Assembly (NCBI GenBank): GCA_030390025.1
Contig: CM059431.1
Span: 109,308,001-109,372,000, forward strand
DNA from: Squalus acanthias
Lineage: Eukaryota
Reading direction: 5' to 3'
DNA length: 64,000 bases
This document shows positions 63,221-64,000 of the stretch, piece by piece; within the stretch, counting starts at the first letter, position 1; every line of letters begins with the position of its first letter. The translations under genes were made by a program, and so were the position numbers. The notes below the pieces were generated by a model. It worked only from the letters and a program-made list of their open reading frames with translations, did not search any database and was not told the origin of the DNA.

Positions 63221-63944
63221 AAGGAATTACAGGACAGATGTTTTTCAGCACTTTATATTCGGGGACCTGTGATATAAAAGTGAACACCTAATAAAAACAT
63301 TTCTGCTGAAGAAATAGGTTTAAAAAAGTAAATCCATTTTCTAACTGTAACTATGAAATGCATCCCTACTTCCGAAATATTTCCTCACACAATTGGCTTC
63401 TATTTTTGGTAAAAAAATACTTAATTTCTCTTCCCTGCCCCACACATCTCTGTCTCCAGGGCATCATGTGTAGACAAGCAACACACTCCAAAACTTAGAA
63501 ATAAAATTTAAAACAGAATGGCACACACTGGAAAAATCTCAAATGAGAACAGAAAATGATGGAACTAGGCAGCTGGGCAGTGGTAAAGAGACTAAACAGG
63601 ATATTGATGTTTTGGGTGTGTCTCCCTTCAGGGTACATACCCAATATATCAATAGCCGGTCTTTTCTCCTTACAGGTGCTGACTGACCTGCATGTCGTTC
63701 CAGTATTTTTGTTTTTATTCCAAGATTTATACTAATGTTGCTTTGTAACTGGTCACTGGGAGAGGTACAAGAGGAGTGTGAGTTGATTCTCTTTAAAATC
63801 ATCCTTCATCTTGAGAAGAAGCACTTGGTCTCCATGATGATATAGCTGAGATTCGTAACTCTGTGTGTGTGTGTGTGGGGGCGGGGTGGGGTGTTGGTGG
63901 GCGAATATGGGGAGTGGGGAACTCACAGATAGCATCCTATGTCA

Positions 63945-64000
63945 TCAACAACAACTTGCACTTACATAGCGCCTTTAACATAGCAAAAAGGTCACAAGGC
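63945..64000 (-). mobile_element. L2 3' tail running off the window end
   Basis: CAACAACAACTTGCACTTACATAGCGCCTTTAAC. Confidence 0.75.

Overview
Repeat-rich vertebrate nuclear DNA, almost certainly from a cartilaginous fish (shark or ray). It carries Deu-domain SacSINE1-like SINEs, an HE1-like SINE tail, CR1 and L2 LINE fragments, an older tRNA-headed SINE family, PIF/Harbinger-type and hAT-type non-autonomous transposons, and Penelope-like (PLE) 3' ends. No complete protein-coding gene is visible, so the window looks intronic or intergenic. The only host-gene candidates are a plus-strand exon encoding a signal-peptide-like N-terminus (52293-52428) and a weaker minus-strand exon near 46.7-47.0 kb. 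Highlights: (1) Two sequence-distinct PLE-derived families each carry a minimal type I hammerhead ribozyme with covarying stems. They occur as short, mostly TSD-flanked and often fold-back insertions whose 5' breakpoints cluster at the ribozyme. (2) A ~200-nt, apparently spliced CYLD cDNA fragment that includes the catalytic Cys box is patched antisense into a SINE, without poly(A) or TSD. (3) Several nested insertions are resolved by TSDs, and there are short locally templated duplications. Repeat family names come from recognising the sequence, not from a database search. Repeat boundaries without stated TSDs are approximate.
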